IMG/VR virus record: IMGVR_UViG_3300032329_000263
Location: 1 to 37,835 of that record
From: a virus
Lineage: Duplodnaviria; Caudoviricetes
DNA length: 37,835 bases
Reading direction: 5' to 3' (one strand)
Within the stretch, counting starts at the first letter, position 1. Each line of letters starts with the position of its first letter. Under the pieces are notes generated by a model that did no database searches, was not told the DNA's origin, and worked only from the letters and a program-made list of their open reading frames with translations. The translations under genes were made by a program, and so were the position numbers. Below, in pieces: positions 23,522 to 32,295 of the stretch.

Positions 23522-24351
23522 GCGCGTATTACAACGAGATGGAGCCTTACGCCGCCCAGTGGCTGCGTAACCTCATAAACAAAGATCTGATAGCTAAAGG
23601 GGAAGTTGATGAGCGGTCTATTCTCGACGTGGCTCCTGCGGACTTGCGCAGTTTCACACAATGCCACTTTTTCGCCGGTATCGGCGGCTGGAGCCTTGCC
23701 GCCCGTCTTGCCGGATGGCCCGACGAGCGCGCCCTGTGGACTGGAAGCGCTCCCTGCCAGCCCTTCAGCACCGCCGGTCAGCAAAAGGGCACGGCGGACG
23801 AGCGCCACCTCTGGCCCGTCTTCTTCGGTCTCATCCGTGCCGTCCGGCCCCCTGTCGTCATGGGAGAACAGGTTGCGGCTGCGGTTGGCAAGGATTGGCT
23901 CGACGGAGTGTGTCTTGATCTGGAAGGCGTCGGCTACGCCTGCGGGGCGGTTGTTGTACCGGCTTGTGCCGTCGATGCGCCCCATCGAAGAGATCGTCTT
24001 TGGTTTGTGGCCGACGCCGCGCGCGAACGAGGGTACGGGCGACAAGATACCGCCGGGGCGTCAGGGTGGGCTGGCGTTGAAGCAGGCGGTTCACCTGTGG
24101 CCGACGCCGACGAGTCGGGATCACAAGGACGGATCGTTCTGCGCGAATGTGGAGACGAACGGTCTGCTTGGTCGGACGGTGTGGAATGGGCCATCGGAGC
24201 AGACGGAAAAGCGCGGCGCGTTAAATCCGGCGTTCGTCTCTTGGCTCATGGGGTTCCCGCCCGAGTGGGAAAGCTGCGCGCCTACGGCAATGCCATCGTC
24301 CCGCAAGTCGCGGCGGAAATCATAGGGGCGTATCTTGACGCTGCGCCTTAG
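23518..24351 (+). CDS. DNA (cytosine-5) methyltransferase, large (alpha) chain lacking motif IX
   Basis: GTG start; FFAGIGG (I), GSAPCQPFS (IV), GEQV (VI), HRRDRLW (VIII), LRAYGNAIVPQVA (X). Confidence 0.85.
   Translation: MSAYYNEMEPYAAQWLRNLINKDLIAKGEVDERSILDVAPADLRSFTQCHFFAGIGGWSLAARLAGWPDERALWTGSAPCQPFSTAGQQKGTADERHLWPVFFGLIRAVRPPVVMGEQVAAAVGKDWLDGVCLDLEGVGYACGAVVVPACAVDAPHRRDRLWFVADAARERGYGRQDTAGASGWAGVEAGGSPVADADESGSQGRIVLRECGDERSAWSDGVEWAIGADGKARRVKSGVRLLAHGVPARVGKLRAYGNAIVPQVAAEIIGAYLDAAP
23606..24325 (+). CDS. Putative C5-MTase small (beta) chain in overlapping +1 frame; true start uncertain
   Basis: Two LWPTP repeats and LNPAFVSWLMGFPPEW (motif IX-like) located where the alpha frame lacks motifs. 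Confidence 0.7.
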   Translation: MMSGLFSTWLLRTCAVSHNATFSPVSAAGALPPVLPDGPTSAPCGLEALPASPSAPPVSKRARRTSATSGPSSSVSSVPSGPLSSWENRLRLRLARIGSTECVLIWKASATPAGRLLYRLVPSMRPIEEIVFGLWPTPRANEGTGDKIPPGRQGGLALKQAVHLWPTPTSRDHKDGSFCANVETNGLLGRTVWNGPSEQTEKRGALNPAFVSWLMGFPPEWESCAPTAMPSSRKSRRKS

Positions 24352-25681
24352 ACCGTACCAGGACGATGCGGCAGATTTCCTGTTTGAGCACGACACCGCC
24401 ATGATCCTCGCGCCGGTCGGCGCGGGCAAGACCGCCATCACGCTCACGGCGCTGGCGGCGGCGGTGTCGGACGGCTACGCCCGGCGCTGGCTGATCCTCG
24501 CGCCCAAGCGGGTCTGCACCGACGTATGGCCGGTCGAGCGGCCCAAGTGGGCGGCGGGGCTGACGATGGCGTTGGCGGTCGGCACACCGGCACAGCGCGC
24601 GGCTGCGCTGGCGTCCGACGCGGAGGTGGTCGTGATGAACTACGACAACATCCAGACGCTGACCGATGCCGACATGCGCCGCTTTGACGGCATCGTGTTC
24701 GACGAGCTGACGCGCGTCAAGAACCCCAGCGGAAAGCGGTTCAAGGCGCTGGAGAAGCTCCTAAAGGGTGTGCGCTACCGCTGGGGCTTGACCGGGTCGT
24801 TCACGTCCAACGGCCTTGAGGACGTGTTCGGCCAGTGCAAGATCGTGGATCAGGCGCTGCTGGGCCGGTCCAAGGGCGCGTTCCTGCAACGCTACTTCGT
24901 CTGCATCAACCGCGACTTTGGCGAGTGGTCGCCCCGCAAGGGGTCGCTGGAACAGATCATGGCGACGATCAAGCCCGCCACGTTCGTGCTGGAGCCTGGC
25001 GTGTACGCTGACAAGCTGCCGCCGCTGCATACGGTCGAGCTGGCGTGCGACATGGCCGACATCAAGCCCTACAACGTCATGAAGCGCGACCTGATGCTAG
25101 AGCTAGGATCGGATCAGGTCATCGCGGCCAACGCCGCCGCCGTGACGAGCAAGCTGCAACAGATGGCCTCCGGGTTCGTCTACCACAGCACGACGACCGC
25201 TAGCGACAGACCGGGCAAGTTCGACGTGGACAAGCGCGCGATTTGGATCAGCGGCCACAAGTTTGACCGGTTGGCCGAGCTGCTGGACGAAAACCAGCGG
25301 GCCAACACCATCGTCGTCTACAACTACAAGGAAGAACTGGCCGAGCTGTTGCGGCGTTTCCCGCACGCCCAGACGATTGACGACGCCAACGCCATCGAAC
25401 GCTGGAACGCGGGCCAAATTGAGCTGCTGCTGATCCACCCCAAGTCGGCGGGGCATGGCCTCAATCTGCAACACGGCGGCAACAAGATCGTCTTCGTGTC
25501 GCTGCCGTGGTCGCTGGAACTCTACGAGCAGACGGTCGGACGGCTGCACCGGGGCGGGCAGACGCAACCGGTCTGGTGTTACCTGCTGCTTTGTAATAAG
25601 ACTATCGACGAACGGATTTGGTCCGCCCTGCGCGACAAGCGCGCGATTTCGGACATAGCCCTAGAGGAACTGAAAGCATGA
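24335..25681 (+). CDS. SNF2-family (SF2) helicase
   Basis: LRPYQ, GAGKT, FDEL, LTGS, HPKSAGHGLNLQ, QTVGRLHRGGQ. Confidence 0.9.
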   Translation: MTLRLRPYQDDAADFLFEHDTAMILAPVGAGKTAITLTALAAAVSDGYARRWLILAPKRVCTDVWPVERPKWAAGLTMALAVGTPAQRAAALASDAEVVVMNYDNIQTLTDADMRRFDGIVFDELTRVKNPSGKRFKALEKLLKGVRYRWGLTGSFTSNGLEDVFGQCKIVDQALLGRSKGAFLQRYFVCINRDFGEWSPRKGSLEQIMATIKPATFVLEPGVYADKLPPLHTVELACDMADIKPYNVMKRDLMLELGSDQVIAANAAAVTSKLQQMASGFVYHSTTTASDRPGKFDVDKRAIWISGHKFDRLAELLDENQRANTIVVYNYKEELAELLRRFPHAQTIDDANAIERWNAGQIELLLIHPKSAGHGLNLQHGGNKIVFVSLPWSLELYEQTVGRLHRGGQTQPVWCYLLLCNKTIDERIWSALRDKRAISDIALEELKA

Positions 25682-26157
25682 CCCAAGACGAAGCGCACCA
25701 ACTTTGGCGGTACGACCAAGGCAAATTGTATTGGTTGATATCGCCTAACCCCCGCACAAAAATAGGCGCTGAAGCGGGCTGCGTACACGGCAACGGATAC
25801 CGCGAAGTTGGCATCCGAAAAAAAGTTTATGGTGTACATCGGATTGTATTTCTAATGTTTCACGGATACATCCCAAAACGAGTAGACCATATAGACGGTA
25901 ACCCGCTAAACAACGGCATTGAAAATTTGAGAGCGGCAAACAACAGCACGAATGGTTTTAACAGAAAGATAAGCGTGAATAATTCGTCCGGCGTAAAAAA
26001 CGTTTCGCTGTGTAAAGCGGTAGGAAAATGGAAAGTATCGCTGCTTTGCGATGGGGTATCATACTATTACGGCGCGTTTAGCTCTTTAGCCGACGCAGAG
26101 ACTATGGCTGCGCGCGCTAGACTTCAACTGCATGGCGATTTTGCGAGGAACAAATGA
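25678..26157 (+). CDS. HNH endonuclease with C-terminal AP2-like domain
   Basis: HRIVF...VDHIDGNPLNNGIENLR; NSSGVKNVS...KW...YYGAF...A..AR..LHGDFA; low GC. Confidence 0.85.
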   Translation: MTQDEAHQLWRYDQGKLYWLISPNPRTKIGAEAGCVHGNGYREVGIRKKVYGVHRIVFLMFHGYIPKRVDHIDGNPLNNGIENLRAANNSTNGFNRKISVNNSSGVKNVSLCKAVGKWKVSLLCDGVSYYYGAFSSLADAETMAARARLQLHGDFARNK

Positions 26158-26357
26158 CAATGAATTGGCGAACCCTCAATAAGAAGCTGCCTGAGCTGTC
26201 CGAAGCAGCCGTCCAGCAGTTGTTGCAGGACGAGATGGTTGGGATGCGCCGGGGCACCGTCGTCGTGCGGCTGCACCAGCGGTTCACGTCCCTGCGGGCC
26301 ACGCGCGAGCGTGACGAGCTGCTGGCCGTGCTCAGCGCAGCGCGGCCATCTCCCTAG
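26154..26357 (+). CDS. Hypothetical protein (67 aa)
   Basis: WRTLNKKL...RLHQRFTSLRATRER; ATGA overlap. Confidence 0.65.
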   Translation: MTMNWRTLNKKLPELSEAAVQQLLQDEMVGMRRGTVVVRLHQRFTSLRATRERDELLAVLSAARPSP

Positions 26358-26850
26358 CCTGCACTTCCACCTCGTTGACGCGGCGGGTCCAGCCGCGCCC
26401 GAAGGTCTTGTAAGTCGAGAGCCGGGCCAAGAAATCCACGCGCTCGCGGCACAGGTTGTCAATGATGACAGTCGGCGCGCTCATGCTGACGGCCTTCAGC
26501 GTGCGCGGGCCGATCATGCCGTCTGTCGTGATCGCCAGCGACGACTGCAACGTCCTGATGGCGCGCACGGGGCCGGAGTTTACCGCAAAGTCAAACATGG
26601 CGTAGTCCACGCCTGCGGGCAGCTCGTCGGCGCGCACGGCGTCCCAATAGCGCTCCTTGTACAGCGGCGCGACCTTGGCGGGCGTCAGCGCCCGCATCTG
26701 CGACTCCGTCACGTCGCAATCGACGTAGGACTCCCACGCCGCCTTGGTGACGCCAAGGTTGGTCATGCCTCCAGGGTCTTTTAAATTATTTACGTAGCCG
26801 CCTTCGTGCGCCAGCATCATCTTCAAGGAACGGTCGAAGTTACCCTTCAT
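26332..26850 (-). CDS. Endolysin, GH108 lysozyme with PG-binding domain
   Basis: HEGGYVN..DPGGMTNLGVT, YKERYW, FDFAVNSG, FGRGWTRRV; start MKGNF at ATGA overlap. Confidence 0.9.
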   Translation of the reverse strand: MKGNFDRSLKMMLAHEGGYVNNLKDPGGMTNLGVTKAAWESYVDCDVTESQMRALTPAKVAPLYKERYWDAVRADELPAGVDYAMFDFAVNSGPVRAIRTLQSSLAITTDGMIGPRTLKAVSMSAPTVIIDNLCRERVDFLARLSTYKTFGRGWTRRVNEVEVQAREMAALR

Positions 26851-27239
26851 TTGCGCGCCACTCCCTTGACCTTCTCCAGCGTGCGCAGCCCGCCCATGCC
26901 GAGCATTGCGAAGACCAGCTCCCACAGCATCCCGTCAAGCTTGGGCGGGGCCGCCACCGCGATGTGCAGGCTGGTCGCTACCCACATCAGGAGCGGCGCG
27001 GCCACGTACTGGTAGGCCAGCGCAAGACCGCAGACCCAGCCGATGAACGGCCGCCAGCCGGACACGAACAGGTTCGGGTTGGCCGCCTCGACCGCGTTCA
27101 CGTCGGTCTGGCTCTTGTCCCACGCTTGGAGGCTGGACCGCAGCTCGCTTTCCGCCTTGGCCTTCGCCTCCGGGTCGGGCACGAATTTGTCGAGGACTTT
27201 TAAAGCCGCCGCGATGGCGTCGTCAAAACCGAAGGCCAT
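26847..27239 (-). CDS. Holin of 3TM (GTA holin-like) family
   Basis: FVSGWRPFIGWVCG...LGMGGLRTLEKVKGV; hydrophobic helices; upstream of endolysin. Confidence 0.8.
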   Translation of the reverse strand: MAFGFDDAIAAALKVLDKFVPDPEAKAKAESELRSSLQAWDKSQTDVNAVEAANPNLFVSGWRPFIGWVCGLALAYQYVAAPLLMWVATSLHIAVAAPPKLDGMLWELVFAMLGMGGLRTLEKVKGVARK

Positions 27240-27472
27240 TATTTGTCCGCCTTTGCGTCTAGCTTGTCGTAGATGCGTTGGAACATGTCTTCGATATGTT
27301 TCATCCGTGCGTCAATGTCCACGCGCGGGACGTAAGTCTTGGGCAGATCGACTTCAATCTTGTGCAGATCATCGCGCAAATCCTTAACAGCGCCCCACAG
27401 CTCCCGTGCCAACCAGCCCACGACCGAGAGAACGAGACCGCCGGTGATGTTGATAATCGTCTGAGGTTCCAT
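27239..27472 (-). CDS. Small N-terminal TM/coiled-coil protein of lysis cassette (77 aa)
   Basis: MEPQTIINITGGLVLSVVGWLARELW...KLDAKADK; TAATG overlap. Confidence 0.65.
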   Translation of the reverse strand: MEPQTIINITGGLVLSVVGWLARELWGAVKDLRDDLHKIEVDLPKTYVPRVDIDARMKHIEDMFQRIYDKLDAKADK

Positions 27473-27473
27473 G

Positions 27474-29264
27474 TCACCGGGCCATTGCGTTGGATTGTTG
27501 ATCTTGCATGAGCATCTGCGGCGGGACACGCGCGAGCATTTCTCTCGTCGTGACGTTGACTGGCGCACGCACATCACCGCGACGCATCGCCGCCGCCAAA
27601 GCGTTAGCCTCCACGCCTGCAAGGGCGTTCCGCGTTGCACGCGCGCCCAAACCAACGGCGCTCATGCCTGCGGCTGTTGCCATAAGCGGGATTGACCCAG
27701 TCAACGCGCCTGTAGCCCCGACAACGCCAGACGCGCCCGTGCGAACAATGTCGCGCAGCTTGAGGCTGGGCGCTAACTGGCTAAGAAGCTTTATCGTTGT
27801 GGACTCGTTCTGCCCGCTTGCAAGCGCGCGGATTGCGGCCTGTTCTTCTTTGCCAAAACGGGCAATCCGCGCGGGATTTTTGACCATTGTTTTAAATTCT
27901 GATTGCAAAGCATCTGCAAAAGGTCTGTCGGAAAGCGACGCGCGGTTAATCGCGGTGTCAATCTTTTTAGAGTTTGCCAACCGAGACCAATCTGTAATTG
28001 ATGATTTTAACGTTTTGGACGCTTCAATCACATCTGCGCCAGCCGCAAACGTAGCGTTCTTTGGCGCGGCGATAAAATCATCAAGATTATTGATAATTTG
28101 GGTGATCATACGCGCTGCGTCGGGACGTTTGGCGGTGTAAGCACTTTCACGGTAGAATCCCAAATCTTCCCGAAGACTGTGCAAATTGCCAATGGATTGC
28201 GAATTGGCCGCAGCCTCATCAACTTTAGCCAAAGCGTCATTTACAAAAGTGAAACGCGGCGACGTAGGCTTGTACTGTTCCCGCGCCAAATCTTGCCGTG
28301 TCTTTGCCCCGAAGCTGTTAAGCGCCGCAGAGTCGTACACGACGCCGCTGGCGTCGGTCGCGTCGAAGCCTGCTTGGGCGCGCTGCTTGAGGGCTTCGGC
28401 CGATATGTTGGACTTTTCTACGTAGCGTTTCGCCAGATCGCGCAACCGCGTAGCCGACTCGGCAACGCTAGCTCCGCTTTTCGCCGCTGCAATGCCACCG
28501 ATGAGGCTGCCCGCCGCGAGAGCGTAAGGGTCTTCGACGCCGCCATATTCACGCATGGCAACCGGCGTTGCCGCCGCGCCAACGCCGCCAGCCGCCTGAA
28601 CGGCGGGTTTTGCAGCAAAAAAGTTGCCGATCTTTCCCCCAAGAGTGCGACCCGCGCCCGCCAACGAGAGCGCGTCCAAGCCGCCCTCCATAGATGCTGC
28701 GGCCAACGCCTGTTCAGGCGTTACAGGTTTGCGGCCTACGCCGCCAGCAGCGAAAGCGTTGCGAATAGCTTCTGAAGGGCTTGCGATCTGCGAACCGCCA
28801 AACATGGGTGCGGCGAGGTTGTACGCGCCTGTCGCCAAGTTGCCGAGGCCCAGCGCGCCAACGCCAGCGATAGCGCCAGGCACCGCGCCAATACCGCCGA
28901 GCGGCGCACCCATGAGCGCGCCAGCACCCGCCGCCGTAGCGTAGGGGGCCAAGGTGCGCGCGAGCACGCCCGCGTTCTGCGTGAGCGACGTGTCGGGTTC
29001 ACCGCCCATTTCAGCTTGCGGTGCTTCGGCGGGCGCAGCAGCGCGCGGCTCGCCACGCCGGATTGTGAGCGGGCGCGCCCCATCGTCGGGCGCGGCTTCG
29101 TTCTTAACGGCAGGCGCGCCGGTCAGGTGCTGCAGAATTTCCGCGTCGTTGTACCCGGCTTTTCGCGCGCCCGCGAGGTCAAATTTTGACTGTTTTGCCA
29201 GATGATCGGCAATCTCGGCGTCGTTGTAGCCCGCTTGTTTCGCGCCTTCAATATCAAACGCCAT
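27474..29264 (-). CDS. DNA ejection (internal virion) protein
   Basis: 596 aa Ala/Gly-rich with hydrophobic segments; duplicated AGYNDAEI repeat; P22 gp16/gp20-like position. Confidence 0.6.
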   Translation of the reverse strand: MAFDIEGAKQAGYNDAEIADHLAKQSKFDLAGARKAGYNDAEILQHLTGAPAVKNEAAPDDGARPLTIRRGEPRAAAPAEAPQAEMGGEPDTSLTQNAGVLARTLAPYATAAGAGALMGAPLGGIGAVPGAIAGVGALGLGNLATGAYNLAAPMFGGSQIASPSEAIRNAFAAGGVGRKPVTPEQALAAASMEGGLDALSLAGAGRTLGGKIGNFFAAKPAVQAAGGVGAAATPVAMREYGGVEDPYALAAGSLIGGIAAAKSGASVAESATRLRDLAKRYVEKSNISAEALKQRAQAGFDATDASGVVYDSAALNSFGAKTRQDLAREQYKPTSPRFTFVNDALAKVDEAAANSQSIGNLHSLREDLGFYRESAYTAKRPDAARMITQIINNLDDFIAAPKNATFAAGADVIEASKTLKSSITDWSRLANSKKIDTAINRASLSDRPFADALQSEFKTMVKNPARIARFGKEEQAAIRALASGQNESTTIKLLSQLAPSLKLRDIVRTGASGVVGATGALTGSIPLMATAAGMSAVGLGARATRNALAGVEANALAAAMRRGDVRAPVNVTTREMLARVPPQMLMQDQQSNAMAR

Positions 29265-29269
29265 GCGCG

Positions 29270-30787
29270 TTATCCTCCAAATGAGCTAAGCGGCGGGCGT
29301 TCAGACGGCTTCACTTGCGCAGGCGCAGCCGATTTGCGGCCTGCAGGAATGCCGCTTGAAGATTTAGCGGGGGCGATGTCTTCGGGCTTGATCGTTTCGC
29401 CTGTGCCGTATTTACGGCTCAGTTCATTAAACGTGTCCGAAATTGTTTTTACGGTCTGCCCCGGCGAAGTCATAGCGTCAAGGTAGTTCTGCATTTCTCG
29501 GTTAGAGTCGATCATTTTGCTGCTCATGCCCGTAGCGGCCATAAGCCCCGTTATGAGCGTGTTGCGCAAGTTTCCAATGGTCTGCATCGGGCCGCCCACT
29601 TCAGGGCTGACAACGCTTGCAAGGCCAGGCGCTTGCGACGCGGCAAAGGTAAGCGCGCGCTGACCGGCGCTTGTGCCTTTGTCAATAAGCACACCTTGTT
29701 TACCAAGGTCTTTGTACTGATCCAGAATGGCGGCCAAAGATTCTTGAAACGCTTTTTTACCTTCTTCCTTAGTGCGTGTTTCTTCCGCTGTTGTCACGCG
29801 CTGCTCGGCAAGCTTGCGCGCCTCTGTTTCAAGGCCAACTTTTCTAACGCCTTCCTGCAACTTGGCTTCTTCCGCACGCCGCGCAAGCTCATCAGTACCG
29901 ACAACGCCAGTCTGCGGCGCGGCTACGGGCGGCACAAGCCCACCGTAAGGCGACGCCAGCGCGTTGCTAACAGGCGGCTGCATGGTCGCCCCCGGCTGTG
30001 CAGCGGCCATTGCGTTAACGGGTTGCGCCGCGCCCTGCATCAGCTCCGGCGCGTACCGCTGCCCGCGCTGCACCATATCTGCGGCGGCCGCAGCGCGCAT
30101 CGGATACGAGGGTACGCCTGCCGGTGCCGCGCCAACTTTAATAAGCACGTCGGGGTTATTTAAGTCTACGCGACCGGTTCCGCCGCCGGGCAGATCGCGG
30201 TACTTAGGTTCTGATGCTTTAAGAACCTGGTCACCAGTCAGCGAGACATTCGACGTAATCCATTTTTGCGGATCTGCGGCGTAGTCCTGCTGCGCCTTAG
30301 CAATCGCTTGCTCGCGCGTAAGACCCATCTGGCGCATAAGCTTGCCAAGCTGCGGATGCTCAAACATAGCCCCGGCAAACATGCCCGCGTCTTCGGGCGT
30401 GCGCACGCTAGGCGCAAACGTGCGAAACGTGCCCAAATGCGTGTCGATACTTTCGGCTTTTGCTTTTTCGCTACTGGTTAAATCTTTACTCAAAGCCAAA
30501 GCGGTTGTAGCTGGGGCAGCATAACCCTGTTTAATCAATTCGCGCGCGGCGGTTTCAGGGTCGCCGTATTTCTTCATGGCCTCGCTTAGCGCGTTAGCCT
30601 CAACGGCAGTTTGCGCGCCAGTAGCCGCTGCGGCGGCCTGTTCGGCTTGAATTTTTGCTGCTTGCATGTTGTGCAGACGAGCGGTTGCGCCCAACTGGTC
30701 CATCTGCTGCATACGCATAAAATTTTGCGTAGGATCAGGAGCTTGGAAAAGCTGCTGCTGCGGGATGCCGATGTTGTAGTCAACCAT
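29270..30787 (-). CDS. DNA ejection (internal virion) protein
   Basis: 505 aa A/Q-rich helical; synteny. Confidence 0.55.
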   Translation of the reverse strand: MVDYNIGIPQQQLFQAPDPTQNFMRMQQMDQLGATARLHNMQAAKIQAEQAAAAATGAQTAVEANALSEAMKKYGDPETAARELIKQGYAAPATTALALSKDLTSSEKAKAESIDTHLGTFRTFAPSVRTPEDAGMFAGAMFEHPQLGKLMRQMGLTREQAIAKAQQDYAADPQKWITSNVSLTGDQVLKASEPKYRDLPGGGTGRVDLNNPDVLIKVGAAPAGVPSYPMRAAAAADMVQRGQRYAPELMQGAAQPVNAMAAAQPGATMQPPVSNALASPYGGLVPPVAAPQTGVVGTDELARRAEEAKLQEGVRKVGLETEARKLAEQRVTTAEETRTKEEGKKAFQESLAAILDQYKDLGKQGVLIDKGTSAGQRALTFAASQAPGLASVVSPEVGGPMQTIGNLRNTLITGLMAATGMSSKMIDSNREMQNYLDAMTSPGQTVKTISDTFNELSRKYGTGETIKPEDIAPAKSSSGIPAGRKSAAPAQVKPSERPPLSSFGG

Positions 30788-30812
30788 GAGTTAAACCCTA
30801 TAAATGAGTTGA

Positions 30813-31589
30813 CTAGTACAGCCCGCCGTAAACGGAAGCGCCAAGCGGTGGCATGTTAGGCGTCATTGTTGAAGTTCGGTCTTTATACGCTTGCATCATG
30901 TTGGCATTCGTATACGCATTCACCCCGCCGCTCAGCGCGTTCGTCAGCGCGTTTCCGGTGTTCATGTAGGACGAGGCGTTCGCCGCACCCGTCGCCGCCG
31001 CGCCCTGCGCCAGCCCCTGCCCCAAATTGCCCGCCGCGTTCGTTAGCGTGTTGGCCGAAGACTGCCCAGCGCCCATCAGGCTCTGGAGCGGGTTGAGCTG
31101 GTTGGCGCGGTTGGTCTGGTAACGGTTGTAGGCGTTACCATATTCTTGGCTCGCCATGCCCTGACCGTAGTCCGTGATGCCCTTCAGCGTTGAACCAGAC
31201 GACAGCAGCCCCTTTGCTGCTGCCGAGTTCTGCAAACCCTTCATGCCTTCCGACAAACGAAAAGCATAGCCAGGGTCGGCCTGATAGTCGGCCATGCTGA
31301 AATCTTTGGCGTATTTACCAAAATTGGGGTCGTTTGGGTTAACCGTAACGCCAGAGTCGCCGCCGGGGTTGAGGCCCAGCAGAGTCATAAGCTGGTTCTG
31401 CGCCGCCATACCGCCTTGACGGAACGGTTCCTGAAGCGCGGTCTGCTTGTCGAACGCCTCGCGCTGCGCGGCGGTTGAGGCATCAATGCCAGCCTTCTGC
31501 GCTTCAGCAGCCTTGTTCGAGCTATAGATGGACGCGCCCGCGCCGATTACGCCAGCGCCGAGTACGGCGGCAGAAATGCCAAAAGTCAT
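30813..31589 (-). CDS. DNA ejection/pilot protein, P22 gp7-like
   Basis: N-terminal Gly/Ala hydrophobic stretch; DPGYAFRLSEG...SAAAKG...SGSTLK motif. Confidence 0.7.
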   Translation of the reverse strand: MTFGISAAVLGAGVIGAGASIYSSNKAAEAQKAGIDASTAAQREAFDKQTALQEPFRQGGMAAQNQLMTLLGLNPGGDSGVTVNPNDPNFGKYAKDFSMADYQADPGYAFRLSEGMKGLQNSAAAKGLLSSGSTLKGITDYGQGMASQEYGNAYNRYQTNRANQLNPLQSLMGAGQSSANTLTNAAGNLGQGLAQGAAATGAANASSYMNTGNALTNALSGGVNAYTNANMMQAYKDRTSTMTPNMPPLGASVYGGLY

Positions 31590-32095
31590 GGTGCGATCCT
31601 TTGCAGTTCCTCAACCGACGCGATCAGGCCCATGTCGTCGTAGCTAGGCGCGATAAGTTCGGCTTCCATCTTATCAAGGTTTTCTTCGCCTGTAAATTTG
31701 GTCATGTGAACCGTGACCCAAATCGTGTCCTCTTCGGCGTAGACGGCGCGTTTAAGGCCGACTTCGGACACAAACATGCACGGGCCTTCAAAAAACTGTG
31801 GCCCAAACTCCGTTGAGACCGACACCCGACCCTTCAAGATGAAGTTCAGATGTTGATGCCGGTGAATCTTGCCGATGATGAGCGTCCCCTTCGGGATAAA
31901 CATCTGGCGGGCGTAGGTGCCGCAGCCATATTCTTCATGAATTGGCGTGTACGTGTGCGTCAGTGTGCAGGACGGCAGGGCGTCCTGCACTACGTTGTCT
32001 TTGATAAGTTCCTGCATACGCTCTTGCGCGCCAAGGATTTTTTCCCTGAACGCGACCTTGTCGGGGGCGTTTGCTTCAACCAGCTCTTGCATCAT
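31586..32095 (-). CDS. Cupin-like beta-barrel protein
   Basis: YARQMFIPKGTLIIGKIHRHQHLNFILKGRV...G.KR..YA.ED..W.TVH. Confidence 0.65.
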   Translation of the reverse strand: MMQELVEANAPDKVAFREKILGAQERMQELIKDNVVQDALPSCTLTHTYTPIHEEYGCGTYARQMFIPKGTLIIGKIHRHQHLNFILKGRVSVSTEFGPQFFEGPCMFVSEVGLKRAVYAEEDTIWVTVHMTKFTGEENLDKMEAELIAPSYDDMGLIASVEELQRIAP

Positions 32096-32295
32096 GCTAC
32101 CGGAGGCTCAACAGGCGCAGGGGCCGCTGTAGGGTCGGTAAACGTCTGCGTAACGGGATTGTACACAAACCCTATCGAGACATAATAGTCATCAGGCAGC
32201 ACGATAGCCGCCGTACCCGCCGGAGCGGTGCAAGACGAGTCCCACACAATCACGTTCACAACGACGTTGGTTGCGTTAATAAGCGCCGCTTTCAT
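32092..32295 (-). CDS. Small fibre-associated protein
   Basis: MMKAALIN..VVVNVIVWD...IGFVY...FTDP; follows Gly-rich fibre. Confidence 0.55.
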   Translation of the reverse strand: MKAALINATNVVVNVIVWDSSCTAPAGTAAIVLPDDYYVSIGFVYNPVTQTFTDPTAAPAPVEPPVA

